DNA from: an uncultured Dehalococcoidales bacterium
GTDB taxonomy: Bacteria > Chloroflexota > Dehalococcoidia > Dehalococcoidales > JAUVZE01
NCBI GenBank assembly: GCA_964572285.1
Contig: CAZNEL010000008.1
Span: 9,064 to 33,063 of the forward strand
Length of the DNA: 24,000 bases
Reading direction: 5' to 3'
The notes beneath the pieces were generated by a model, which did no database searches, had not been told where the DNA came from, and saw only the letters and a program-made list of their open reading frames with translations. Position 1 is the first letter of the stretch. Every line of letters starts with the position of its first letter. Below, one piece after another: positions 1 to 6,985 of the stretch. The position numbers and the translations under genes were made by a program.

Positions 1-216
1 TTTCCGCCACGAAATTTCCAACGTAGAAACCCTCATCGCAATGACGCTCGTCGGCATACCTGACGACGCCACATCAATCACCGGGGCCCCGGAAGGGAAC
101 GGGGCAAATGGACTCATCAAGAGAGATGATAGCGCCAAACCTCTAGAATATCAACGTTCCGTCTCCCGCTCATACCCACAGGATAAACGCACCCGTTGCT
201 ATCCAATTAATAGTCG

Positions 217-268
217 TTCTCCTCCTTAATCCCTTTTCGAGAATAAGTTGTAAATTGAAGGAGGAGGA
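217..268 (+). promoter_or_regulatory. Inverted repeat pairing a CU-rich tract with the Shine-Dalgarno of the 270..683 ORF (candidate SD/anti-SD hairpin)
   Basis: Seen: 217-227 (ttctcctcctt) is complementary to 258-268 (aaggaggagga), giving 11 pairs including one G.U, with a 30-nt loop. The right arm is the SD for the ATG at 270. The left arm could equally be the last codons of the edge ORF ending at 229, or an SD on the minus strand. Confidence 0.3.
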
Positions 269-269
269 A

Positions 270-683
270 ATGCCAGAGAAACCTAAAGACGACACCATAA
301 AAAGCCGATTACTTGAATTACTTCAAAAAGGGTATTCGCGCAACCAATTGATAAATGATTTGAACTTTGCTGAACGCACTGTAGATAACGCCATCAAGGA
401 GTTTAAGGAATTGTATGGGAGCGAAGAGAATAGTTCTCCCGCTCCATCGGGTAAAGACAGCTCGCTCGCCCTACGGAAAGAAAAGGAGTCTGTACTCCCC
501 GAGTGGCTGGAAGCCGATGTTGCTGAAATCTTCGATGGCAACCTTAGGGACCGCAAGATATTCCTGACTGGAATGAGTGTTCCCATGATGGGTCTAAGGA
601 TGTTCAGTGAGACCGTTAAGCCGCTGACTAACCTTCTATCGACTTGGCAGAAAGGACAGGCAGAAGCTGCCAGAGCTATGTAG
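270..683 (+). CDS. Hypothetical protein with N-terminal helix-turn-helix-like segment
   Basis: ORF-track frame is 255..683. I prefer the ATG at 270, which has GGAGG (260-264) 5 nt upstream. The segment [36 protein letters not shown] reads like an HTH. No family recognised. The ORF stops at TAG 681-683, but the frame stays open to 857. Confidence 0.55.
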   Translation: MPEKPKDDTIKSRLLELLQKGYSRNQLINDLNFAERTVDNAIKEFKELYGSEENSSPAPSGKDSSLALRKEKESVLPEWLEADVAEIFDGNLRDRKIFLTGMSVPMMGLRMFSETVKPLTNLLSTWQKGQAEAARAM

Positions 684-853
684 GGCAGCGGTTATGAGAC
701 TGCTCATCTGGCAGCTCAACAGGTGATATCGCAAGCGATGCCGCAGATACTGGGCGCTAATAAACCTCCCAATGGTTGTATCATAGTACCGGGCATTATA
801 GAAGTAAAGTCCCGTCCCGTCCAGTCTCTGCCCGGTGAAATAATCTTAAGGCG

Positions 854-1219
854 TTAATCTTGCGAAGGTGGTATTACAATTGTCCAATCAATGTCATCTA
901 TCTCTTGCCAGGTAAATTCTTCAGAGTAGACCACTTCTCCATTCTTAGTCTTGCCCTCGATTAAATACTGATAGTCCTCTGTGCCTCCAGGTTGATTAGG
1001 TTCGGGCCATATCTCCAGAGTACCAATCTCTTGTGTTACACCGGGTAGTACTTCGCCATGGTTGACCCCCTGTATATAAATACTAATTGCTACATTGGAC
1101 TGATTGTCTATCTTAATAAAGGTACCCGGATCACCCCAACAACTCGTCAAAAGCGAGATGAGCACAATGGTACTGACAAATATCAATGCTAGATGCATTA
1201 TTTTAATTCGATATTTCAT
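854..1219 (-). CDS. Small putative lipoprotein
   Basis: ATG at 1219 is preceded by AGGTGA. The N-terminus [27 protein letters not shown] is a signal peptide with a lipobox-like LTSC. No family recognised for the mature part. Confidence 0.65.
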   Translation of the reverse strand: MKYRIKIMHLALIFVSTIVLISLLTSCWGDPGTFIKIDNQSNVAISIYIQGVNHGEVLPGVTQEIGTLEIWPEPNQPGGTEDYQYLIEGKTKNGEVVYSEEFTWQEIDDIDWTIVIPPSQD

Positions 1220-1231
1220 CTATGTCACCTA

Positions 1232-1450
1232 TTAGTTATCACCAAGAATATTTTTTAACCACCCTGGGCCAGGAGTATTACCTACATACTGACCAGCAGC
1301 ACGCCGGGCAATCACTTCCTCACTGTTGTATTTATAAGCTTGGCCCCACGGATCATTCACTTTAAGAGCTGCATAAACTGATCCCCTGATTCCTATTTCA
1401 GCAAAATAGCTTATCGTCCACCCTATCTCTCCGGCTTCTCGCTGTCGCAT
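1232..1450 (-). CDS. Hypothetical 72-aa ORF (possibly a remnant)
   Basis: Ends 12 nt upstream of the lipoprotein gene on the same strand. No convincing SD. It contains DPWGQAYKY, reminiscent of the DPWGxxYxY motif of GspG-type pseudopilins, but lacks the N-terminal hydrophobic pilin helix. Confidence 0.3.
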   Translation of the reverse strand: MRQREAGEIGWTISYFAEIGIRGSVYAALKVNDPWGQAYKYNSEEVIARRAAGQYVGNTPGPGWLKNILGDN

Positions 1451-1546
1451 AATATGAGTGCTAGGTTAGATAGTCAGACTGAAGGCCAGTTTAAAAGTTC
1501 TACCTATTAATACCTCAGCTCCACTTCCTTTTATCAAGCCGCCATT

Positions 1547-2059
1547 TTACGTAGCTTCTTGAAACTCAGGCTGATATTTTACTGTACCTTTACGCCCGGC
1601 AAGTCCACCCTCATTAAGTTCCAGCAGCATCCACGCTTCATCGGGGGCCGGGAACTCACATTCAATACCCTTAGACCTCGCAGTAACAAAACCAAAGCGT
1701 GGATAATAATCCGGGTGGCCTACTACAACTATAATCTCATATCCCAACAGCCGGCACTCTTTAAGACCAGCTAAAACTAATTGTGAACCGACTCCTTTAT
1801 GCTGGTACTCTGGTAAGACTGCCATTGTAGCAAGGGCTACTGCTCCAAAGCTCGATCTCTTTGACTCTACCGCTACCGGGCTAAACGCAATATGCCCAAC
1901 CACCTTATCGTTCTCAACGGCAACTAGCGAAATAGCTAGTTTAGCCCGTTTACGTAGCTTTTCAACAATTTCTGCCTCCGCATTTCGTCCAAACGCCTGC
2001 TCATTGATATAGCGGATAGACCTTACATCTTCAGATGTTTCTGGCCGAATAGTTAACAT
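1547..2059 (-). CDS. GNAT-family N-acetyltransferase (YhbS-like)
   Basis: Track ORF is 1547..2101. I prefer the internal ATG at 2059 (MLTIRPETSEDV...), which has AAGGGGA upstream. The acetyl-CoA binding core LPEYQHKGVGSQLV is typical of GNAT motif A (Q/RxxGxG/A). Confidence 0.85.
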   Translation of the reverse strand: MLTIRPETSEDVRSIRYINEQAFGRNAEAEIVEKLRKRAKLAISLVAVENDKVVGHIAFSPVAVESKRSSFGAVALATMAVLPEYQHKGVGSQLVLAGLKECRLLGYEIIVVVGHPDYYPRFGFVTARSKGIECEFPAPDEAWMLLELNEGGLAGRKGTVKYQPEFQEAT

Positions 2060-2116
2060 GCTAAAACTTCCCCTTGGTATCTCAACCCCACCAAATCCCA
2101 TCCGGAAATAATAACG

Positions 2117-2566
2117 CTAGAACTTATCCCGACTATCCAGCAGTATTGTTACCGGGCCATCATTGTAGATTTCTACCTGCATATATTGCTGAAATCGTCC
2201 GGTTTCCACCTTTAATCCAGTGGCTCTAACCTGTTCCACGAAATACTGGAATAGTCCCTCAGCCCGTTCCGGTGGTGCTGCCTCGATAAAACTAGGCCGT
2301 CGTCCTTTCCTTGTATCAGCCAGCAGAGTAAACTGGCTCACCAGTAACAATTCACCTTTAATATCCAGAGCCGAAAGATTAAATCTACCTTCTTCATCAG
2401 CAAAAATGCGCATGTTAACCGTTTTTTGTACCAGATACTGCGCATCTTTTTCTGCGTCCCCATCAGCTACTCCGACAAAGACCACCAGCCCCTTGTCTAT
2501 CCGGCCTACTACTTCACCGGTCACACTAACTGAGGCTTCATTAACTCGCTGGAGTAGCGCTTTCAC
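2117..2566 (-). CDS. dtd: D-aminoacyl-tRNA deacylase
   Basis: 149 aa. MKALLQRVNEASVSV...VSQFTL...GRRPSF... is the classic Dtd sequence pattern and length. Confidence 0.95.
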   Translation of the reverse strand: MKALLQRVNEASVSVTGEVVGRIDKGLVVFVGVADGDAEKDAQYLVQKTVNMRIFADEEGRFNLSALDIKGELLLVSQFTLLADTRKGRRPSFIEAAPPERAEGLFQYFVEQVRATGLKVETGRFQQYMQVEIYNDGPVTILLDSRDKF

Positions 2567-2810
2567 TACTGTTTTCCTTACCCTTTACAGGGAATTGCTT
2601 CTTATTTTCCCCTGACTCTGTCACCTGACTTTTACGATTATCCGTAATATAAAAGCCACTGCCCTTAAAGATAATAGGAACCGAGTGAATAACACGACGT
2701 GATTTTCCTTCACATTCGGGACACACTGCTACCGGTTCCTCGTCAAACCTTTGCCGTCTTTCAAAAAGACAATGGCAGGCTTCACACTCATACTCATAGA
2801 TAGGCACCAT
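2541..2810 (-). CDS. FmdB-family putative regulatory zinc-ribbon protein
   Basis: MVPIYEYECEACHCLFE...CPECEG is the FmdB/CxxC-CxxC zinc-ribbon signature. GAGGTGA SD lies upstream. The 3' end overlaps the dtd start by 26 nt (operon). Confidence 0.85.
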   Translation of the reverse strand: MVPIYEYECEACHCLFERRQRFDEEPVAVCPECEGKSRRVIHSVPIIFKGSGFYITDNRKSQVTESGENKKQFPVKGKENSSESATPAS

Positions 2811-2838
2811 TTCACCTCACAAAAGAATTCTCCTACAC

Positions 2839-2867
2839 ATTTTACCGTAGTAGCCCCACTAAGGCAA
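2839..2867 (-). promoter_or_regulatory. Putative sigma70-type promoter for the zinc-ribbon/dtd/GNAT operon
   Basis: On the minus strand: TTGCCT (2867-2862), 17-nt spacer, TAAAAT (2844-2839), about 30 nt upstream of the ATG at 2810. Confidence 0.4.
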
Positions 2868-3013
2868 ATTAGAAAATTGGTTACCAACTATCCCTTAGTC
2901 CTCTTTGCATAGAGGGCCCAGCGCAAATAGCGGCTGACTATGGGCTTGCGCCCATCTAGAAGAACCCCGCCTCTATCTATACAGAGTACACAGAGAGTGG
3001 AGGAGACTAAGAG

Positions 3014-3043
3014 TTGACACAGCTGTGCAATTATGATTAGAAT
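3014..3043 (+). promoter_or_regulatory. Putative sigma70-type promoter of the tubulin/FtsZ-like gene
   Basis: Consensus -35 TTGACA (3014-3019), 18-nt spacer, -10 TAGAAT (3038-3043). It sits just upstream of the ORF start (3061/3073). Confidence 0.5.
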
Positions 3044-3060
3044 AGTGCACCTGACTACTA

Positions 3061-4248
3061 TTGAGGTGTGCAGTGAAGTTAACGATTATAGGTTGTGGGC
3101 AGTGTGGCGGCCGGATTGCTGACGAGTTTGCCCTACTAGGCAAAGCAACACACGCTCAGCGCAAAATTGAAGCAGTTACTAACGTCTTAGCTATCAACAC
3201 AGATATTGCCGATTTGAGTGGACTATCTCATATAGGGTCCGATTACCAGCACAGGATTCTCATCGGGTCCCAGAAAACAGGGGGCCATGGTGTGGGTAAA
3301 ATGAATGAGGTGGGGGCTGAAGTCGCCAGAGAAGATGGCGACAAGGTCTTGGAAAGTGTCAGCCAAACACACCGCTTTTTTGAGACAGACGCATTCCTGG
3401 TAATTGCCGGTGCTGCCGGCGGAACCGGCTCCGGAGCTCTGCCGGTAATAACACAACTCTTAAAAGAGCGTTATATCCACAAACCGGTATATAACCTGAT
3501 AGTTCTCCCCTTTAGATATGAAGAGATGACCGAGGAAAGGTCTATTTATAATGTAGGCACCTGCCTTAAATCTTCCTACCTGATTGCCGACGCTGTATTT
3601 TTGGTTGATAATCAAAGATTTATTAAAAAAAACGTACCTATTAGTAACAACCTGGCTAAAATAAACTATCAGGTAGTTAAGCCCTTTTATAACCTGCTCT
3701 GCGCCGGAGAAGAGATAAACTCCAAATATATCGGGTCAAAGGTGCTTGATGCCGGAGACATCATACAGACTCTGGCCGGATGGTCGGTCATTGGCTATGG
3801 CGAAGTAAAGCTACCACGGATCAGGCTTCTCGGTGAAGACAAGATTCACTTTAGGGACAAAGTTTCTGGCACCCAAAAGGGAGCCCAGGCGATGGATAAA
3901 GCCATCGGCGAGTTATCGCTCAAGTGCAACGCTGCCGATGCCAGAAGAGCCCTGTATCTCCTGACAGGACCACCTGAAGAAATGAGCATGGATCTGATAA
4001 ACGAACTCTCATCCTCTTTAAAGAATATAGCTACCGAGGCTATAATACGGAGTGGTGATTATCCCAGGGATAAGGGCTTATTGAGTGTTACCGTTGTTCT
4101 ATCTGACCTTGTTAACTCAAGGAAAGTGATGGGGTATTTTACTAAAACTATCAATTATATCTCTCTTACCAGGAGAAGGCGTGGAGAGACAGAGCATGAA
4201 CACAGAGGAATTGACGAGGTTTTCAAAGACATACCCTCATTACTGTAA
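3061..4248 (+). CDS. Divergent tubulin/FtsZ-superfamily GTPase (CetZ/tubulin-like motifs with an FtsZ-like C-terminal peptide)
   Basis: Start uncertain: TTG 3061, or GTG 3073 after GAGGTG. Motifs by residue number from 3061: IGCGQCGG (10-17, T1, GQxG type); GGHGVGKMNEVGAEVARED (74-92); AGGTGSG (119-125, tubulin-signature-like); FLVDNQRF (180-187); LDAGDI (229-234, T7-like DxxD); C-terminal DEVFKDIPSLL. Confidence 0.85.
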   Translation: MRCAVKLTIIGCGQCGGRIADEFALLGKATHAQRKIEAVTNVLAINTDIADLSGLSHIGSDYQHRILIGSQKTGGHGVGKMNEVGAEVAREDGDKVLESVSQTHRFFETDAFLVIAGAAGGTGSGALPVITQLLKERYIHKPVYNLIVLPFRYEEMTEERSIYNVGTCLKSSYLIADAVFLVDNQRFIKKNVPISNNLAKINYQVVKPFYNLLCAGEEINSKYIGSKVLDAGDIIQTLAGWSVIGYGEVKLPRIRLLGEDKIHFRDKVSGTQKGAQAMDKAIGELSLKCNAADARRALYLLTGPPEEMSMDLINELSSSLKNIATEAIIRSGDYPRDKGLLSVTVVLSDLVNSRKVMGYFTKTINYISLTRRRRGETEHEHRGIDEVFKDIPSLL

Positions 4249-4298
4249 TTAACCAACCTAAAGCCATATACAAAATGCGCCAGTAAACCCGGGCTTAC

Positions 4299-4760
4299 TT
4301 ACTTTGCCTTATCACCGTGGAAAATCTTCCAGGTTTGCTCTGAAGTTTCTCTCGAAATATTCCAGGCTTGCTCTATGGCTTCCTTACGCTCCCCTAGCAC
4401 TTGCCTTACACTCTCCTGGTAAACATCCACGGCTTTTTCTCTGGCCTTCTTATATGCTTCTTCGGCTTCGAACTCAGCCTTTTGACGATCTTTCAAAGCC
4501 TGCCCCAAAGTCTCTTCGCAGATAGTATCAGCCTTCTGTTCAGCTACTTTATAAAGCTTCTCCCTTTGCCTTTCTCTTTCCCGATAAGCTGTAGCTGCCT
4601 TTCTTTGAGCTTCCACATAGGCTGTTTGAGCTATCTCAAGTTGTCCCAGAACTTCACTAAAAGGGTCAGTAATTTGCTCAGGAACCATAGTTTCCGGTTC
4701 CAAGGATTGCTCTTCTGTTTGTTTAACAGCCCTTTTTATCTGTTCCTTTTCACTGACCAT
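4299..4760 (-). CDS. Hypothetical coiled-coil protein (153 aa, charged, phasin/apolipoprotein-like composition)
   Basis: Track ORF is 4299..4811 (GTG). I prefer ATG 4760 (MVSEKEQIK...), which has GGAGGT 8 nt upstream. Highly charged A/E/K/R/Q-rich sequence predicted helical. No family recognised. Confidence 0.6.
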   Translation of the reverse strand: MVSEKEQIKRAVKQTEEQSLEPETMVPEQITDPFSEVLGQLEIAQTAYVEAQRKAATAYRERERQREKLYKVAEQKADTICEETLGQALKDRQKAEFEAEEAYKKAREKAVDVYQESVRQVLGERKEAIEQAWNISRETSEQTWKIFHGDKAK

Positions 4761-4885
4761 GAAAAAATACCTCCACAAATCCTGATTCCCAACTTTATTT
4801 ACCAGTAACACATTTTAAAACCGGTTGCTGTCCACCGCAATAGTATATGCTAATACAGCTTGTTGCCATACATACTTTTTTAAGT

Positions 4886-6631
4886 CTATTCATCCTCTTC
4901 CTCCTCTTCCTCAAAACCCCGGTCCTTATTAGACGCATACATCTTGGCCAAGTACTTCAAACGGGTATCCATCCTTCTCTTAACATCCCTGGCTTCTTTA
5001 TCTTTATTTATGTCAACCTCTGCTATGTTTAGTGATTCACCAAAGGTCCTTGCCAACGACTCGGCTTTATCCTCGAAAGCTTCATCTGCTTCCTCACAAT
5101 TGACGTCATCTACCCGGGGTATATTCATCGTGATATCGGCAGCTTGCTTGGCTATCTGTTTACCAGTTTTATCTATTTTACCAGTGCCGCCCATTAATTC
5201 CTGAAATGCCCTTACTGACATCTCTGCCGCTTCTGCAGTTGCTCTTTTGGATGCTTCAGTAGCTTCCTTGCTCGCCCTTACCGATTCTTTAGCAGCCTTC
5301 TTAGCCGATTCGCTCACCTTCTCAGCCCTACTTATTGTTTCCTGTGATGCCCTTATTGATTGTTCAGCTGCTTCCTGGGCTGATTTACTTGCTTCCTCAG
5401 CCCTGCTTATTGCTTCCTGTGATGCCTTCATCCACGCCATAGCACTCGCTGTTGTCGTCTGGCTTATTTCCTGAGCTTTAGCAATAGCGTCTTGTGATGC
5501 TTTTATTGAGATCTCAGCAGTATCGTTAGCCGCTCTTATCGATTGCTCAGTCACCTCCCGGGCTGATTTACTTGCTTCCTCAGCCCTGCTTATTGCGTCT
5601 TGTGATGCTCTTATTGATTCTGCAGCCATTTCCCTGGCTGTCTTGCCTGTCTCCTCAGCCCCACCCGCCGCTTCTTCAGCTAATCTCCTCGCTTCTTCCG
5701 CAGTTTCCTTGGCTGAGTTCCCTGCTTCCTCGGCCTTAGAGATAGCTTCCCGTGATACCCGTATTGATTCCTCAGCCATTTCCTTGGCCAGTTTTATAGA
5801 TTGTTCAGCCGCCACCCAGGCTGATTTTCCTGCCTCCTCAGCCTTTATCGCCATTTGTGCAGATACCGTTGTTGCTGCTTCAACGGCTGCTTTGGCTGAC
5901 TCACCTGCTTTCTCAGCACTAGTTATTGCTTTCTCAAAGTTTTTTTTGTATGCCTTAGCCGTCTCATCAGCCGATTTAGTTGCTTTCTCAGCCCTTCGTA
6001 CTGCTTCCTGCGATGCCTTTGTTGTTAACTCAGCCATATCTTTAGTCTGTCTGCTTGCTTCCTCAGCCCTGCTTCTAGCATCCTGTGATATTCTTATCGA
6101 TATCTCAGCTGCCTCCTTGGCAGCTATACTTGTCTTTTCAGCCCGGTTTATTGCTTCCTGTGATATTCTTATTGATTGCTCAGCTGTCTCCTTGGCAGAT
6201 TTTGCTGTTCTCTCAGCTTCATGTACTGCTTCCGCAAACGTTGAGACCAGGGCTTCAGTAATTTCTTTAGTTGATTTTATCGTCTCTTCAGCCCTGCCTA
6301 TCGCTTCCTCAAAGGTTCTCTTCAACGCCTCAGCCATCTCCTCAGCCGATTTGCATACCTCCTCGGCCTTGGCCACTGCTTCTTGCGATGTTCTCGATGC
6401 TGATTTAGCCGTCTCTTTTGCCCGTTTGCCTACCTCCTCAGCCCTGTTTATCGCCTCCTGTGATACTCTTATCGATGTCTCAGCAGCCTCCCTGGCTAAT
6501 TCACCCAGTTTCTCAGCCCTGGCTACCGTTCCCTCAAACGTTCCGGTATCGCACGCTGTGCTCTCTAGAACTTCAGAGGAGATGTTGTCTAGTGTTCCGA
6601 CCTCAGGAGATTTAACTTTTCTACTACCCAT
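4886..6631 (-). CDS. Large Ala/Glu/Ser/Lys-rich tandem-repeat protein (25-residue repeats) with acidic C-terminal tail
   Basis: 581-aa ORF. ATG 6631 has AGAGGT upstream. Residues 38-482 form about 16.5 repeats with consensus RAEEAxKSAKETAEQSIRxSQEAIx. The C-terminal 99 aa are non-repetitive and end FEEEEEEDE. Antisense ORFs exist but are Cys/Ser/Leu-rich shadows. Confidence 0.7.
   Translation of the reverse strand: MGSRKVKSPEVGTLDNISSEVLESTACDTGTFEGTVARAEKLGELAREAAETSIRVSQEAINRAEEVGKRAKETAKSASRTSQEAVAKAEEVCKSAEEMAEALKRTFEEAIGRAEETIKSTKEITEALVSTFAEAVHEAERTAKSAKETAEQSIRISQEAINRAEKTSIAAKEAAEISIRISQDARSRAEEASRQTKDMAELTTKASQEAVRRAEKATKSADETAKAYKKNFEKAITSAEKAGESAKAAVEAATTVSAQMAIKAEEAGKSAWVAAEQSIKLAKEMAEESIRVSREAISKAEEAGNSAKETAEEARRLAEEAAGGAEETGKTAREMAAESIRASQDAISRAEEASKSAREVTEQSIRAANDTAEISIKASQDAIAKAQEISQTTTASAMAWMKASQEAISRAEEASKSAQEAAEQSIRASQETISRAEKVSESAKKAAKESVRASKEATEASKRATAEAAEMSVRAFQELMGGTGKIDKTGKQIAKQAADITMNIPRVDDVNCEEADEAFEDKAESLARTFGESLNIAEVDINKDKEARDVKRRMDTRLKYLAKMYASNKDRGFEEEEEEDE
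5186..6520 (-). repeat. Degenerate 75-nt tandem coding repeat (14 units of 25 codons, 2 units of 36 codons, 1 partial)
   Basis: Counted by hand between xAE(E/K) anchors: spacings are 25 residues, except two of 36 (25+11). At DNA level, strings such as gcttcctcagccctgcttattgc..cctgtgat recur (e.g. near 5391, 5574, 6055). Confidence 0.8.
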
Positions 6632-6649
6632 AACTTTGTACCTCTGCCT

Positions 6650-6678
6650 ATTCTACAATAGGTTGTTTAGTTTATCAA
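6650..6678 (-). promoter_or_regulatory. Putative sigma70-type promoter of the repeat-protein gene
   Basis: On the minus strand: TTGATA (6678-6673), 17-nt spacer, TAGAAT (6655-6650). The predicted transcript start would leave only a very short leader before ATG 6631, which weakens the call. Confidence 0.35.
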
Positions 6679-6985
6679 TAGTCATTTCTTGGCTCAAGGT
6701 TTATGCCCACATGTATGAGTAATGCTGTGGGAAACAATCAGGCCACAATGTTAAGCACTACGGTTCACCCCACATGCACGAAGAACAATATTCATTCCCA
6801 GTTCATTAATTGGATAGGGAACTGCTGCGCTACAGAGCAAACTTAGTTAAGATACAAACTACAATAAAGAACGAGACCCATATCTGGAGGAACCATTGCC
6901 GTGGGTAATGACAACACATTTTTCAATGTCCGTCGTTTCCTACATCCTATCTCTTATTCTTCTTACTATAATTATTTGTCTGAAG

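Noticed and set aside
2-229. Plus-strand frame open from the window edge to TAA at 227-229 (the track lists 41..229, 62 aa), and a minus-strand frame open from ATG 117 to the edge
   Set aside because: Both frames are open. Neither translation is convincingly protein-like, and neither has an SD. The fragment is too short and truncated by the window edge to call either way.
681-683. In-frame TAG interpreted as pyrrolysine or genetic-code reassignment
   Set aside because: TAG terminates dtd, rny, the ymdB-like gene and the Fe-S oxidoreductase at the expected protein lengths in this same window. TAG is therefore an ordinary stop here.
1232-1450. Calling the 72-aa ORF a type II secretion/type IV pseudopilin because of DPWGQAYKY
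   Set aside because: A single short motif is the only support. There is no N-terminal prepilin leader or hydrophobic helix, no SD, and no neighbouring secretion genes. It is kept only as a low-confidence hypothetical ORF.
2898-2953. Small hairpins and an imperfect palindrome (cctct..agagg; gcgcaa-N19-ttgcgc) between the divergent promoters at 2839-2867 and 3014-3043
   Set aside because: The stems are short (5-7 bp) with mutually exclusive alternative pairings, and there is no recognisable operator or riboswitch pattern. They may still be a regulator site but are not supportable from sequence alone.
4282-4299. Near-palindrome agtaaacccgggcttact between the convergent tubulin-like and coiled-coil genes, considered as a bidirectional terminator
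   Set aside because: Only about 6 mostly A/T pairs with an internal mismatch. The CCCGGG core cannot form a loop. No U-run on either strand. It overlaps the stop codon of the minus-strand gene.
5643-6722. 359-aa plus-strand ORF antisense to the repeat-protein gene, together with 4944..5204, 5247..5474 and 6418..6615
   Set aside because: These are shadow ORFs created by the GCN/GAR-rich repetitive sense codons. Their translation is Cys/Ser/Leu/Ala low-complexity. They lack SDs. The 359-aa ORF also runs past the sense gene's start into the promoter region. The minus-strand ORF is longer and has an SD and a promoter.
199-6817. 13-nt inverted match CTATCCAATTAAT (199-211, and the reverse complement of 6805-6817) that would bracket the 0.2-6.8 kb region like terminal inverted repeats
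   Set aside because: Several 13-mer matches are expected by chance in 24 kb (hand estimate). The core ATTAAT is self-palindromic. There are no flanking direct repeats or a transposase/integrase. The bracketed region also includes housekeeping dtd.
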